Origin: Squalus acanthias
Lineage: Eukaryota
Direction: 5' to 3'
Assembly (NCBI GenBank): GCA_030390025.1
Contig: CM059449.1
Coordinates: 14,012,001 to 14,076,000, forward strand
Length of the DNA: 64,000 nucleotides
The notes below the pieces were generated by a model. The model was not told where the DNA came from. It saw only the letters and a program-made list of their open reading frames with translations, and did no database searches. The position numbers were made by a program, and so were the translations under genes. Below, in pieces: positions 1 to 13,500 of the stretch (its first letter is position 1; each line of letters opens with the position of its first letter).

Positions 1-310
1 CCACTGGTTGGGGAGTCTCGGACTAGGGGACATAGTCTAAAAGTTAGAGCCAAACCTTTCAGGAGTGAAATTCGGAAACACTCTAACACACAAAGGGTGG
101 TAGAAGTTTGGAACTCTCTTCCGCAAACGGCAATTGATGCTGGGTCAATTGTTAATTTTAAATCGGAGATTGATAGCTTTCTGTTAAGCAAAGGTATTAA
201 GGGATATGGGCCAAAGGCGGGTATATGGAGTTAGGTCGCATATCAGCCACGATCTCATTGAATGGTGGAACAGGCTCGAGGGGCTGAATGGCCTCCTCCT
301 GTTCCGATGT
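1..310 (+). mobile_element. CR1 LINE 3' end
   Basis: ESRTRG...TQRVVEVWNSLP motif and GAATGG..GA.CAGGCTCGAGGGGC.GAATGGCCT tail. Confidence 0.8.
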
Positions 311-1302
311 CTAGATGCAATTAAAGAGAGGCTAGATAAGTGTATGAGGGAGAGGGGAATGGAGGGCTATGTTGATAGAGTTAGATGAGGAAAAATGGGA
401 GGAGGCTGGAATCGCGCATGGACTGGTTGGGCCGAATGGCCTGTTTCTGTGCTGTATATTCTATGTAATTCAATGTAAGCTACACGGTCTGAGGCACCTA
501 GCTGGAATCAGAGCCCCAGTCAGGAAGAACCCTGTTTACATTGCACAAGCCGGCAGTTCATCCAATAACCGGTGAGGCTGCTTTCGGGGCCTGCTCGACT
601 CAACCTGCTGCCGCTGCATGACGTACAATGTAAGCTCAGCTACGTTCACTTGCGTCACAAGCAGTTCTATGATTGTGATTTCAGGAGAAACACACATCTT
701 CTCCCTTGTGTTATAGCACCTACGGTGAGGGGAGCCGGCGCCACAGTATTAAAACACCGCAGGCTGATACATGAACAGTATCCCAACTGTGTCCGCCGCT
801 GCACAGGAAGGGATTGTGTGTTTGGACTAATTGTTTAAGATTGAGAAACATAAGAACATAAGATCATAAGAAATAGGAGCAGGAATAGGCCACTTGGCCC
901 CTCGAGCCTGCTCCGCCATTCAATAAGATCATGGCTGATCTTGAGCTCAAAGCCACTTCCCTGCCCGCTCCCCATAAACCTTCACTCCCTTATCTTGCAA
1001 AAATATGTCTATCTCCACCTTAAATGTATTTAATGACCCAGCCTCCACCGCTCTCTGGGGCAGAGAATTCCACAGATTTACGACCCTCTGAGAGAAGAAA
1101 TTCCTCCTCATCTCAGTTCCAAAGGGGCGACCCTTTATTCTTTAAGGCTTTAGGAAGAGCTGTTCAAAAATATGGAATAAATGGGAAGTGTTCAAAAATA
1201 TGGAATGGGGAATGAAGGAATTGAAATGAATGAATGGTTTCCATTTCCAAATTCTGTGCACTTAACAAGAATCTGGATCAGCTCTTCCATCACTGCTAGC
1301 AG

Positions 1303-1850
1303 CGGGGTACGGTAGTGTGGTGGTTATGTTGCTGGACTAGTAATCCAACGGTCTGGAATAACAATTTCAGACAATGTGAGTTCAAATTCCACTATGGCAA
1401 AGTGAGACTTTGTATCCATTTTTTAAAAAACATCGGAAAATATAAAAGGTAGTATCGGTGAAAGTGACTATGAACCCAATTTTTTCACCAATGTCCTTCA
1501 GGGAAGGCGTCCTTACCTGGTTCAAATCCCACCATGGAGAATTTGAATTCAGTTTTTTGTTCAATCTGAAAATAAAAATGTATCAGTAAAAGTGACAATG
1601 AAGCTGTTGTCATGAAAAAAAAAAGCAACTGGTTCACGAATGTCCTTTAGGAAATGAGTCCTTACCTGGCCTGGTGGATATATGACTCCAACGTGATTGA
1701 CACTTAACTGCGCTCTGAAGTACCCTAACAAGCCACTCAGTTGTATCAAGCGACTACATTGCAGCAGTTCAATGAGGAGGTCTACCACCACCTTCTCAAG
1801 GCAACCAGGGATGGGCACTAAAGGCGACGCCTGCATCCCGAGAATGATTT
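1303..1850 (+). mobile_element. tRNA-derived SINE with CR1/Zenon-like LINE tail (other copies ~4575-4955 minus, ~17020-17430 plus)
   Basis: GGTAGTGTGGTGGTTATGTTGCTGGACTAGTAATCCA...GAGTTCAAATTCC head; tail CACCACCTTCTCAAGG.CAA..AGGGATGGGCA. Confidence 0.6.
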
Positions 1851-2216
1851 TTTGAGTTGCAGGTAGCTGAACTTGGTGGACAATTGTATTTAGTTAGATT
1901 TGAGCTCTTTCGGTTAGCTACTTTCCGGCTGATAGTGGGTTCAATGAGCGGTGCAATTAAGAGTATTATAAATAACTAACATCCCCAGCAGAGCACAGCC
2001 TGCACAGACTCGGTGTCAATGTGAACTCAGTCACGTAACGCGGCAAATTAACCGCATGCACACGGGTCGGTTTACAAGGCTTGCAGACAAAAATAAGTTA
2101 GTGTGTGAGAAATACGTGGGAAGCTGAACATCAGCAACATTTCAATTCAGTCAATTCGCTGGTCAACACGTTTGAAGATAAGCTGCCTTTACTGGATTTT
2201 ACTGGGTTTTTAGTGT

Positions 2217-2670
2217 CACTTCAATTCTCCGCTTCACTCCCACTCTGATCTCTCTGTCCTCGGCCTCTTACACTGTTCCAATGAAGCTCAACGTAAGCTC
2301 GAGGAACAGCACCTCATCTTTCGATTAGGCAATTTACAGTCTTCCGGACTTAACATTGAGTTCAACAATTTCAGACAATAATCCCTGCCCCCATTTTTCA
2401 TGCTGTATGATTTTGACATTCCCATTTGCAACATTTTATCATTCCTGCCTCTGACATAAGCACAGTATGTTCTTTCAACTCCTTCCTCCCCTCCTAAACC
2501 ACACCCCGCCCCCCCACCCCCTGTCTCTGCACCTGCATAATATCTGTTAAATCTCCAGCTCTTTCCAGTTCTGATGAAGGGTCCCAGACCTGAAACGTTA
2601 ACTCTGTTTCTCTCTCCACGGATGCTGCCTGGCCTGCTGAGTATTTCCACCATTTTCTGTTGTTATTTCT
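2217..2670 (+). mobile_element. Penelope-like element 3' remnant (GIY-YIG C-terminus and 3' region)
   Basis: HFNSPLHSHSDLSVLGLLHCSNEAQRKLEEQHLIFRLGNLQSSGLNIEF followed by a hammerhead core. Confidence 0.75.
2567..2603 (+). ncRNA. Minimal hammerhead ribozyme motif (Penelope-type)
   Basis: AGTT-CTGATGA-AGGGTC CCA GACCT-GAA-ACGT-T-AACT: stems I and II plus palindromic stem III. Confidence 0.65.
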
Positions 2671-3204
2671 GCCTTTACTGGACTTGTCCTGCAGTGGGAC
2701 CAATTTCATTATTTTTAGTTATCTTTTCACCAACGTATATACAGATACCTATTTCGCGATGCATTTGTATTTGCATCCACGGATGGAAATTTGCCGGCAA
2801 CATAGCCACGATTTCCGTTAACCAACCGGCTGGAAGTGAAATACAATGATATTTGAGTGCAGAATCATAGGAAAAAAAATCTAGAAGTTTACAGCACAGA
2901 AGGAGGCCATTCGGCCCATCCTGTCCCTGCCGGCCGACAAAGAGCTATCCAGCCTAATCCCACTTTCTAGCTCTTGGTCCGTAACCTTGTAGGTTACCGC
3001 ACTTCAAGTGCATATCCAAGTACTTTTTAAATGTGATGAGGGTTTCTGCCTCTACCACTCTTTCAGGCAGTGAATTCCAGACCCCACCACCCTCTGAGTG
3101 AACAGAGTTCTCCTCAACTCCCCTCTAATCCTTCTACCAATTACAGGTACCTGAATACATCACAACTGGGTTTTTTCCGTTAAATTGGCACCAAGAAATT
3201 TAAC

Positions 3205-3845
3205 TGGATTAGCCAGATAAATACTGTGGCAACAAGAGCAGGTCAGAGGCTAGGTATTCTGTGGCGAATGTCTCACCTCCTGACTCCCCAAAACTTTCCA
3301 CCATCTACAAGGCACAATTCAGGAGTGTGATGAATTACTCTCCACTTGTCTGGATGAGTGCAGCTCCAACAACACTCAGGAAGCTCGACACCATCCAGGA
3401 CAAAGCAGCCCGATTGATTGACACCCCATCCACCACCTTAAACATTCACTCCCTCCCCTCCGCCACCGGCGTACCATGGCTGCAGTGTGTACCATCTCCA
3501 AGATACAATGCAGCAACTCGCCAAGGCTTCTTCAGCAGCACCTCCCAAACCCGTGACCTCTACCACCTAGAAGGACAAGGGCAGCAGAGGCATGGGAACA
3601 CCACCACCTCCAAGTTCTCCTCCAAGTCACACACCATCCTGACTTAGAAGTATATCACCGATCCTTCATCGTCGCTGGGTCAAAATCTTGGAACTCCCTC
3701 CCTAACAGCACTGTGGGAGTACCTTCACCACACGGACTTCAGCGGGTCAAGAAGGTGGCTCACCACCACCTTCTCAAGGGCAATTAGGGATGGGCAATAA
3801 ATGCTGGACTTGCCAGCGACGCCCACGTCCCTTATACAAATTTTT
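3205..3845 (+). mobile_element. CR1-group (Zenon-like) LINE 3' fragment; further copies ~9097-9695 +, ~13590-13905 -, ~16239-16760 +, ~20380-20660 -, ~57925-58300 -
   Basis: IYKAQVRSVMEYSPLAWMSAAPTTLKKLDTIQDKAARLI-type RT C-terminal region, frameshifted. Confidence 0.75.
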
Positions 3846-6125
3846 AAAAAGCGTGTCGGTTTTTTTTGCCGGGGGGTGGGGCTGTCAAGTATTTTATTCC
3901 ACGTCGCCAAATATTAACCTCAGCCATATTAGCTTTCTAAAATGTAGGATGCAAATCGACTAGAAGAACAATCATATTAAGCCGACTGACCAATACATGA
4001 AATCGCAAGAGTGTCACGTTCATTCGAGCTGGTAAAGTTCTGCATCGCTGAAATATTATTACAGATTTCCGAGTTCCCCGTTGCATCACGTTTAAATCAA
4101 ACATTAAACTATGGCAATGGAAACTAGTTTTTGAGCCCTACCTTGACATGTTCTTTATTCGCTTCGAATCCTTGGTCCCTTTCGGCTGCAGCGCCAATCT
4201 CCAATGCTGCATGTGCAATCGGGTGCAACTTTACCGCTGGTGACACTGTGAGGAGGGAGCGCCGAGTCATTGATCGCAGTCTCCATTTAATAACAAGAAG
4301 GAGATCAAAATAGAAGTCCGAAGACCAATGCATGTCTGACCACTGAGTGATGTTTCTACACTGGAGCACGCTCTGTACATTTTATGATCTCATTTTCAAT
4401 GCAGTTTAATAAAAAGTGGACTGTTGATTTTATCACGGTGATCACTTTTGAATGCGCTCCAGTTCGTGTAAGGTGGAAGATGGGAGGCCAACCAGGAGCT
4501 GCATCTCCTCACCTTCACCCCTTCCCAATGGTCCTTCTTTCCTCCGTATCCCAGCCCTCAAGCACCCCCAATTTTTTCTGTTCATGGGATGGTGGCAAGA
4601 ATGGCATTTATTACCCATCCCTAATTGCCCTTGAGATGTGGTGATGAGCTGCCTTCTTGAACCGCAGAGGGCAGTTAAGGGTTAATCACTTTGCTGTGGG
4701 TCTGGAGTCACATATTGGCCGGACTGGGTAAGGACGGCAGATTTCCTTCTCTAAAGGACATTAGTGAACCAAATGGGTTTTACCGACAGTCCGCTGGTTA
4801 ACCATTAACTGATACTAGTTGTTTATTCCAGATTTATTTAATTAACTGAATTTTAAATTCCACAGCTGCCGTGGTGGGATTTGAACTTTCATGTTTCTGG
4901 ATCTTTAATCCCGGCCGCTGGGTTGTTAGATCCAGTAACATAACCACTACGCTGCCTTACCCCCTGCTCAGCGACAGTACCCATATCCGCTCACTTGCTC
5001 TCCCCCTGACTTCTACCCTCAACTATTATTCACTCTCCCTCTCCACACATCATCCAATCAGCTTCATCCCTTTCCATGCACTCCTCGGCCCATCGCCCTC
5101 CCTCTGCCCCTCAGGCCCAGCCCTATGTCCACCTCAGACCCCATCACCTTCCCTTCACCAGCCTCGGAGTAAAGCCCCACTCCCTTGGCCCCCCTCTCCC
5201 GCCAGCAGTGTCACGTGAAAGTCCTCCATTCCTCTCCAGTCTCTCGAGGAGTCCCTTCTTCAGCGGCGTGTTACCCAGCTCTGGGAGTGAACAATTTGGT
5301 TATTAAAAGGCCTAAAGCGCTTCCATTAGAACACAGTGCTATAAACACTTCGGGAAAAGAACGGATGAGAATCACCAGGAGAGACGCGGGCATACAAGGG
5401 GCAGGAAGCGCTCAAAAACAGACATGTCACGGGCGAAGGACACGAGGAAGGGCAGGGCAGAAGGAAGTTACTTTGCTGCAGGGATTTTTAGAAGAGGCGG
5501 AGTGCCGGAGAAACCTCAGAATGAGGAGCAGTGGCGCCACCTTGTGGAGGGTCCGCCTATCACTGCAGCGTGACTGACAAAACCTGGCACAGGATTTTTG
5601 CATTGTCTCTTGACAAAAAACTGGTACATAAAAAGGTGGAACAGAAAATACCCCGATTCTGAAGAGATAGTGTGCACTTAACCCATTGTATTATAGATAG
5701 CTATACCAGCAGGGTTTCACCTGTAGGTTACTTAATTTTTCGCAGTATATCAAAATAAGGAAGCAAAGACAATAAAAAAAATAGTGCAACTAAATTTAGA
5801 GAGCTTATCAAACTCATAGGCAACTAGACGGCAGAGGACAGATTCAATTCAGTATTGATAAGTGTAAAGCAATTATTGTGGATCAAGAAACCAAAGGAAG
5901 GAACATTTGTTAGATTCTTCAACGGTAGACCACGATATTCAGGAAATAGATCTAGGCATTATAGAATGGATAAATATATGAAATCAAAAGCAAAAGCTTT
6001 AACTGCAGTGATAAAAAGTGCAAATACTAGGTTGTAGTAGCAGAAAGACGGAGTGTAATTCTAAAGTTCTGTATTATTGTGCAAGGAACTGGCCATAGCT
6101 TCTGTAATGCTGCATGAAGTTCTTT

Positions 6126-7070
6126 ACATAGGATATATGGCACAGAAACAGGCCATTCGGTCCAACAACTCCATGCCGGCGTTTATGCGCCACACGAGCC
6201 TCCACCCGTCATTCTTCATCTAAATCTATCAGAATAACCCTCTGTTCCTTTATCCCTCATATGCTTGTCTACCCTCCCCTTAAATGCATCTATACTATTC
6301 TCTTCAAACACTCCCTGTGGTTGCGAGTTCCACATTCTCACCACTCTCTGGGTAAAGAAGTTTCTTCTGAATTCCCTATTGGATTTCTTGCTGACTATCT
6401 TATATTGATGGCCTCTAGTTTTGCTCTTCCCCACAAGTGGAAACATTCTCTCTGTATCCACTCTATGAAAACGTTTAATAATTTTAAAGACCTCCATTAG
6501 GTCACCCCTCAGCCTTCTTTTTTCAAAAGAAAAGAGACCCAGCCTGTTCATCCTTTCCTGCTATGTATACCCTCGCATTTCTGGTATCATCCTTGGAAAT
6601 CTTCTCTGCACCCTTTCCAGTGCCTCTATATCCTTTTTATAATATGGCGACCAGAACTGTACACAGTACTCTAAGTGTGGTCTAACCAAGGTTCGATACA
6701 GGTTTAGCATAACTTCCCTACTTTTCAATTCTATCCCTCTAGAAATAAACCCTAGTGCTTGGTTTGCTTTTTTTATGACCTTGCTAACCTGTGTCACAAC
6801 TTTTAGAGATTTGTGTATTTGTACTCCGAGATCCCTTTGTTCCTCTACCCCACCTAGACTCGCACCCTCCAAGTGATAAGTGACCTCCCTATTCTTCCTA
6901 CCAAAATGTAATACCTTACATTTATCTGTGTTGAACTTCATTTGCAAATTATATGCCCAATCTGCAAGTTTATTAATGTCGTCCTGTAATTCGTTGCAGT
7001 CCTCCTCAGTATTGACTATCCCCAAATCATCTGCAAATTTAGAAATTGTGTTTTTGATTCCAAAGTCTAA
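6126..7070 (-). mobile_element. CR1 LINE ORF2 3' fragment
   Basis: LQDDINKLADWA..QMKFNTDKCKVLHFG...LVRPHLEYCVQFWSP. Confidence 0.9.
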
Positions 7071-10000
7071 TGATTATTCTGATTATTTAACCACAATAAA
7101 GATATTATTCCCTTGATAAAGTACAGAGCCAAGCAACGAAAATGGTCCCAGGCATCCAGATCTTAATTATCAGGAAACGTTCATCAGTTGACCTTGCTTC
7201 TTTCCATAGAATTGTAGAAATTGCAATGGAAAATAAGGCCATCTGGTCTCTCATGCCTGCGCCAGTGACAGTTCCACATGACAGCTATCTTCTCTAATCC
7301 CACTGATTGTCCCGTTAATAATGTGTTTCTTCGCCTTAATGAATACCACTCTTTGTAGATTCAAGACCCACTGCAGGAATTAAACCCATAATTTAGGCTG
7401 ACACGTCAGCAAAGTACTGCATTGTTCTCGGCTCAGGCCAACATTCATCCCCGAAACCGACATCATCAAAAAACAGATCTGATGTATATTCGGATGCATA
7501 ATAATGGGACCTCACTATGTGGAAATTGATAACAGCAATGCTTGTAATTCAAAAGACAATTAATTGATACTGAATCACTTTGGGATGTCCTAAGAAGACC
7601 TAACATGGCTCTCTCGAAATACAGGTTTGTTTTTTCCTTCTTTCTTGAAGCGGTACAACAAAGTTCTCCTAAATGGTGTCATTGGCTTTGCTTCAAGATA
7701 TACGTGTGGTCGCTCACTCTCCCATCCCAATAACCATTTGCTTGGGAAAAAAATCCTTCTCCCATGTCTTTGAGAACCCTTAATATTCACTACCCCGGCG
7801 AATGCAAGCCGCTTTTAATCTCGCATCATGAGTATATCGTTTCATTCCATATACAGTCCCGTGAATCTCAGATGCAACTTTTCCATTCCTCCAGCATTTT
7901 TTCTCTAAAGTTATGCTCAACGTTGGACTCAGTACTCTAACTGTTTCCTAACCAAAGGTTTGTACAGATTTATCACAGATTTTTATTCAGTATATAAAAA
8001 GCCCAGAATCAGACATCCGTTTAATGGATTAATACAGCTCTAGCTTTTTAAAACAAACCGTGCATCTGTATTCCTAGATCGCTCTGGTCCTCTACTACTC
8101 CATTGAGAATAGTAGTTTTATTATAGTTCCTGTTTTTTCCGAAAATGAGCTACGTCATATTTGTCTGAATTGACAGATGTTTCACTCTCTCCTCTTGCAA
8201 TTTTGTGCATTCTCTTTCACAATTTGCCAAGTTGTGTAATTAGATATAGATCAGCAGTTTTTGCAGAATGAGTTGTACTTTGCTGCACCGTTCATGTATG
8301 TACATTGGAAATTAGAACAATGTCACTAACTGGTGGCAATATCTTAAACCCAACCTGGGAACTACACACAAGGGTACATTTCCTCACATCAGTTATTTTA
8401 ATGCAACATTTCAATGTGATTGTAAATTTGCTGTTCCTATATATTAAACTATAGGCAGCGCTATTCTGTTGGCACTGTCTATGTTCATTTCAATTGGATC
8501 CTTATATACCGCAGTTAGTGGAGACTTTTATCCGTCATTCTCGGGAAACGACTTCAGAATCAGAGTCAGGTGATTACATCTTTTCTCACTGCTCTCCTAA
8601 CAAGCTGGTGACCCAAGTGTTGATTTTATTTTGACACTTTTCAAAGTGCACCATAAAATGTACTGTTTTTACTGAAAATTTGAACATGAACGCGTTTCAG
8701 CTGCGGGCGTTTTTTTTAAACAGGATTACCGAAAATTCATGTACTCATCAGCATAACAATATAACAAAAGATTGGCAAATTTAAATTGTACGACCAGACA
8801 CCAACAGACGGGTGTGTGATCATGAATTGCTCTGTACCTTTGACGAGTAGCTTTGTATGCGAGCTGTAGGTGTGCTTTACTGCTTAGATATACACAAGTG
8901 AGAAGTCGCACAACACCAGGTTAGATATACACAGGGGAACAAAGGATTGACAATTTAGAACTGAATTATATGTGTCAATTATCCGTCCGTCTGTATCAAG
9001 GTAGATCGATAAACAGAAGTAAGATAAGCGATTGGGTTCTGGAGATCGGCTGTGCCTGCAGAAAACGACAAAGAATGGCTCATATTTATTTCACTGCAGA
9101 GGCTGGGTATTCTGCGGCGAGTGTCTCACCCCCTGACTCCCCAAAGCCTTTCCACCATCTACAAGTCACAAGTCAGGAGTGTGCTGGAATACTCCCCACT
9201 TGCCTGATGAATGCAGCTCCAACAACACTCAAGAAGCTCGACACCATCCATGACAAAGCAGCCCGCTTGATTGGCACCCCATTCACCACCTTAAACATTC
9301 ACTCCCTCCACCACCAGCGCACCTTGGCTGCAGTGTGTACCATCTACAAGATGCACTGCAGCAATTCGCCAAGGCTTCTTCAGCAGCACCTCCCAAACCC
9401 GCGACCACTACCACCTAGAAGGACAGGGGCAGCAGGCACGTGGGAACATCACCACCTCCAAGTTCCCATCCAAATCACATACCATCCTGACTTGGAAATA
9501 CATCATCCGTTCCTTCATCGTCACTGGGTCAAAATCCTTGAACTCCCTCCCTAACAGCACTGTGGGAGTACCTTCACCACACGGACTGCAGCGGTTCAAG
9601 AAGGTGGCTCACCACCACCTTCTCAAGGGCAATTAGGGATGGGCAATAAATGCTGGCCTTGCCAGCGACGCCCACATCCCAGGAACGAATTAAATAAAAT
9701 TACCATACTCAGTAACTGATTTCATTCAGACAACAAAAAATTGTATTTATATAGCGCCTTTAACGTAGTAAAACGTCCCAAGGCGCTTTACAGGAGTATT
9801 ATAAGACAAAAAAAATCGACAGCACGTCTCACCATCCAACATGATTCCATCTGCCTCATGGTTTGGAGTGAAGTGGTCGAAAGTTGCCTCAGTTTTGCAA
9901 TGCTGTACTTGAGCTGGGTTCCTGTCTAGATGGTTGACGGCTGACACGTGGCGGTGGCTTGCCCCAGCAGACGATCATAAGTGTTACCTTGCTCACAACT

Positions 10001-10475
10001 GTTGCTGAATTCACAGAACCAGGATTAGCAGAATGGAAACCAACTAGTCTGCAAACCGACTAGTCGTCTCTTTCCTCACCTTTCTTCATCTTCAAGGCAA
10101 TCGTCACTGAACAAGATGCAGTTTGGGGGGAGGTTCTATCTGCAGTCTAAGATTAGAACGGCGGATACTGCAGCATGGATACTTGGTACTAGCGACCAGA
10201 CTTTCATTTCTTATGCTGTGTACTTATCAGACATCATCAACACTGTATTTTTTTATACAATTCCCGAACGCTAGAACAAAAAGTGCGGCTTTAAAGACGA
10301 ACACCATTTAATTCTGTGTAACACTGAAGTGTGTGCATCCTGTGTTGTCAACGTGGAGACCGCAAAATAATTCCATTCACCCTTTATGTGGCTGGTGCTG
10401 ACGACGCCTCTCTCCTTTCTAACTTTGCTCGCCCCTGGGCTCATTTTTTCCAACCTCTCCGCGTGTGCACCGAAG

Positions 10476-10533
10476 ATGCTGTTCACTCAACAGCTCGCCG
10501 TAATGCAGCTGATGCTATTTGCAACATGCACGG
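10476..10533 (+). CDS. NCR3: Gene 1 leader exon MLFTQQLAVMQLMLFATCT (in-frame upstream ATG at 10386)
   Basis: Signal-peptide-like, ends ACG G|gtgagt (phase 1), matching the V exon acceptor. Confidence 0.7.
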
Positions 10534-13500
10534 GTGAGTTAATTGGTTTATGACCGTTACGGATAACGTCCACAGGCTGGAGAACAGGGTCGATTTAAAT
10601 TCTACCTTTTGCAGAAACTGGACTTTTTTTTCAGCTTCGAATTGGAAATTATTTAATTTCAGGTAACCACAAAAAACGCTAATGGGTGCTATCTGTTAAC
10701 ATGTTTTATTTCTGCAATTTACTTACAATTGTCGCACTAACTATGAAATAGCGGTGCAACTGTGCTAAGCACCGGTCCATCCTCCTCTAAGCACAGTTAC
10801 AGTATGTTCTAGACTTGAGCGCATATGGGGCAAAATTTACACCAGGTTCTTCCGATCTCCCGCCGTAGCTTTAGAATTATAGAATCATATAATGGTTACA
10901 GCACAGAAGGAGGCCATTCGGCCCATCGAGCCCGTGCCGGCTCTCTGCAAGAGCACTTCAGCTAGTCCCACTCTCCCGCCCTTTCCCCGTAGCCCTGCAT
11001 TTGTTTTCCTTCAGGTAATTATCCAATTCGCTTTTTAAAGCCACGACTGAGTCTGCCTCCACCTCCCTTTCAGGCAGTGCATTCCAGATCATAACCACTC
11101 GCTGCCTAAAAAAATGTTTTCCTCCCTACTTTAGTTCTTTTGCCAATCACTTTAAATCTGTGTCCTCTGGTTCTCGACCCTTCCGCCAACGGGAACAGTT
11201 TTTCTTTATCTGCTCTGCCTCGACCCCTCATGAATTTGAACAGCTCTATCAAATCTCCTCTCATCCTTCTCTGCTCGAAGGAGAACAACCCCAGCTTCTC
11301 CAGTCTATCCACGTAACTGAAGTCCCTCGTCCCTGGAACCATTTTTGCAAATCTATTCTGCACCCTCTGTAAGGCCTTCACAACCTTCCCGAAGTGCGGT
11401 GCCCAGAATTGGACACAATACTCCAGTTGTGGCCGAATCAGTGTTTTATAAAGGTTCATCATAACTTCCTTGCTTTTGTACTCTATGCCTCTACTTATGA
11501 AGCCCAGGATCCCGCATGCTTTTTTAACCGCTGTCTTAACCTGCCCTGCCACCTTCAATGCTGGTGGAAGATCGGCTGTATTTATTTTCCCGCCGAAGTT
11601 ACGACGGGAGATGGAGAGATTCCAGGCGAAACTCTTGATTCGATTTAAGCCGTCTGTGGAAGGTTTCTGGCAGCAAGCGACTGCTCCACCTGCTTTCATA
11701 ACAATAGTGGCTGCTCTCCAGAAAGTAACTGAAAGCACTTTGATATGTTTCGACGATATGATAGGGCGCTGTACAAATTCAGCTTTTTTTTCTTTATCAA
11801 TGCGAGTGTGATTATTTTTGCATAATCGGATTTTTTATTCATTCACGGGATGTGGGCGGCGCTGACACTTGTGTGGCGCGAATGTTACTTGCCACTTGAT
11901 CAGCCCAAGCCTGGAATATGCCCGGGTCTTGCTGCACGCGGGCAGGAGCTGCTTCATTATCTGGGGAGCTGCGAATAGAACTGAACACCGTGCAATCAAC
12001 AGTCAACATCCCCACAATATGAGTCTTTTCCTTGAGATGCTCCACAAAATGTTCTCGCCAAACCAGGATCTTTCTCCCGATCCGGTTGACTGCATCCGAA
12101 TAACGGCCACTTCTCAGTCTCAGAACAAGTCGTTCATCTTCCGCGTTGTTCAGACTCCAAATTAAAATAATAATGTTGTACTACTTCCTGTAGCTATCTC
12201 ACTGTTTGTCCCCCGTTTATCTCCCCTTTCCTTCCCTCTGCCTTGTTGCTTCTCTCCTGCTATCCCTTTCTCAATACCACCCTCTGATCCTCAACCACCT
12301 TCTCTCATTGGCGTCTCAGCATTCGCTCTGATTCCTTTTTCTCGGCCCTTCACTCTGCTTCTGTCCATTGCTCTTTTCTGTTCTCCTGTCTGTCTGACTC
12401 ACAATCTCTCTCCTTGTCCCGCTTTGGTAGAAAGCAACTGCAAATGGAAAACAGCTGCTGAATGAATGAGGAGAATGAAACCATGAATGTCATATGTCTC
12501 AGGTAATCGATCTGCCATCGCATTGTATTAGTTCAGCTCTTGATTTTTTGCGGCTGGCGTGTATTCCCCGCTGCTGAGTGACGCTGGGCAAGTGGTAGTG
12601 GAGGCAGCGAGGCGGAGCAGGACAACCAAGCATTAGCCTGTCTTTCCCTTTCCGACCCTGGGTGACTTGCTATATATTTGTAGCACTTTCTGTGTGTGTA
12701 TATAGTGTGCTTCACGGTTCCAGTGTTCGCTGCTTTACTTTTTATCTCTGTTTCTATATCATGTGGAATGAGAATGACCTTTACCGACAAAAATGCCGAT
12801 CAATGTTAGACAGGTGTGGATTTTAGTACTTATCCGCTTTACCTTTCAGCAGCTGGGACGACGAATTTCACCGTTTACCAGCTCCCTCCCTTTATAAATG
12901 CGACAGAGGGGGAGTCGGTTACACTGAACTGTGCCGTGGCTTCTGAACGAAACCTATCTCCGATCGGCTCAGCTCAATGGACACGGGGTCAACCAAATGG
13001 GTACAAACTGGACGATAGCCCGTTTTACAGCGGACGGCTGCAGAAAGCAGACAGCGAGTCGTTTGCCAAAAATAGAATTTTCATTAAAATCTCCAACTTG
13101 ACTGAGAAAGACTCAGACACCTATTACTGCCGGATAACCTTAATGGGATTAAGAGCGACAGACGGAAATGGCACCAAATTGGAAGTGAGACGTAAGTAGC
13201 AACTTAAAAAATAATCGTGTACAAAGCACGTGTTCTAATATTCTATTCACACAGAGCAGGGCGATCCTTGGATCAATTTCAGGACTGTGATTGGCTAGCT
13301 GACCCCAGCATACTGGACACCGGGGATGGGGAATACCATCTCACTCGCTCCTCCTCCTCATTCACAAATCTGTTCCTCCTGGAAGTTGCTTGTTCTGCTG
13401 TGGATATCAGGGGATGAAATTGGACGCAAAACAGGCGGATTTGCGTCGGCTGCCCGTTGTCCCGCTTGCCGGATATTCCGTTCCATTCAAGTCAGTGGAA

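Noticed and set aside
4141-4290. Minus-strand first exon of a neighbouring gene (METAINDSALPPHSVTS|gtaaag or ...EHVK|gtaggg)
   Set aside because: Donor-like sites exist, but no recognisable product or partner exons were found in the window.
12816-13199. Rearranging TCR/Ig V segment
   Set aside because: The J-like strand is already in the exon, there is no RSS, and it splices directly to a TM exon with no C domain.
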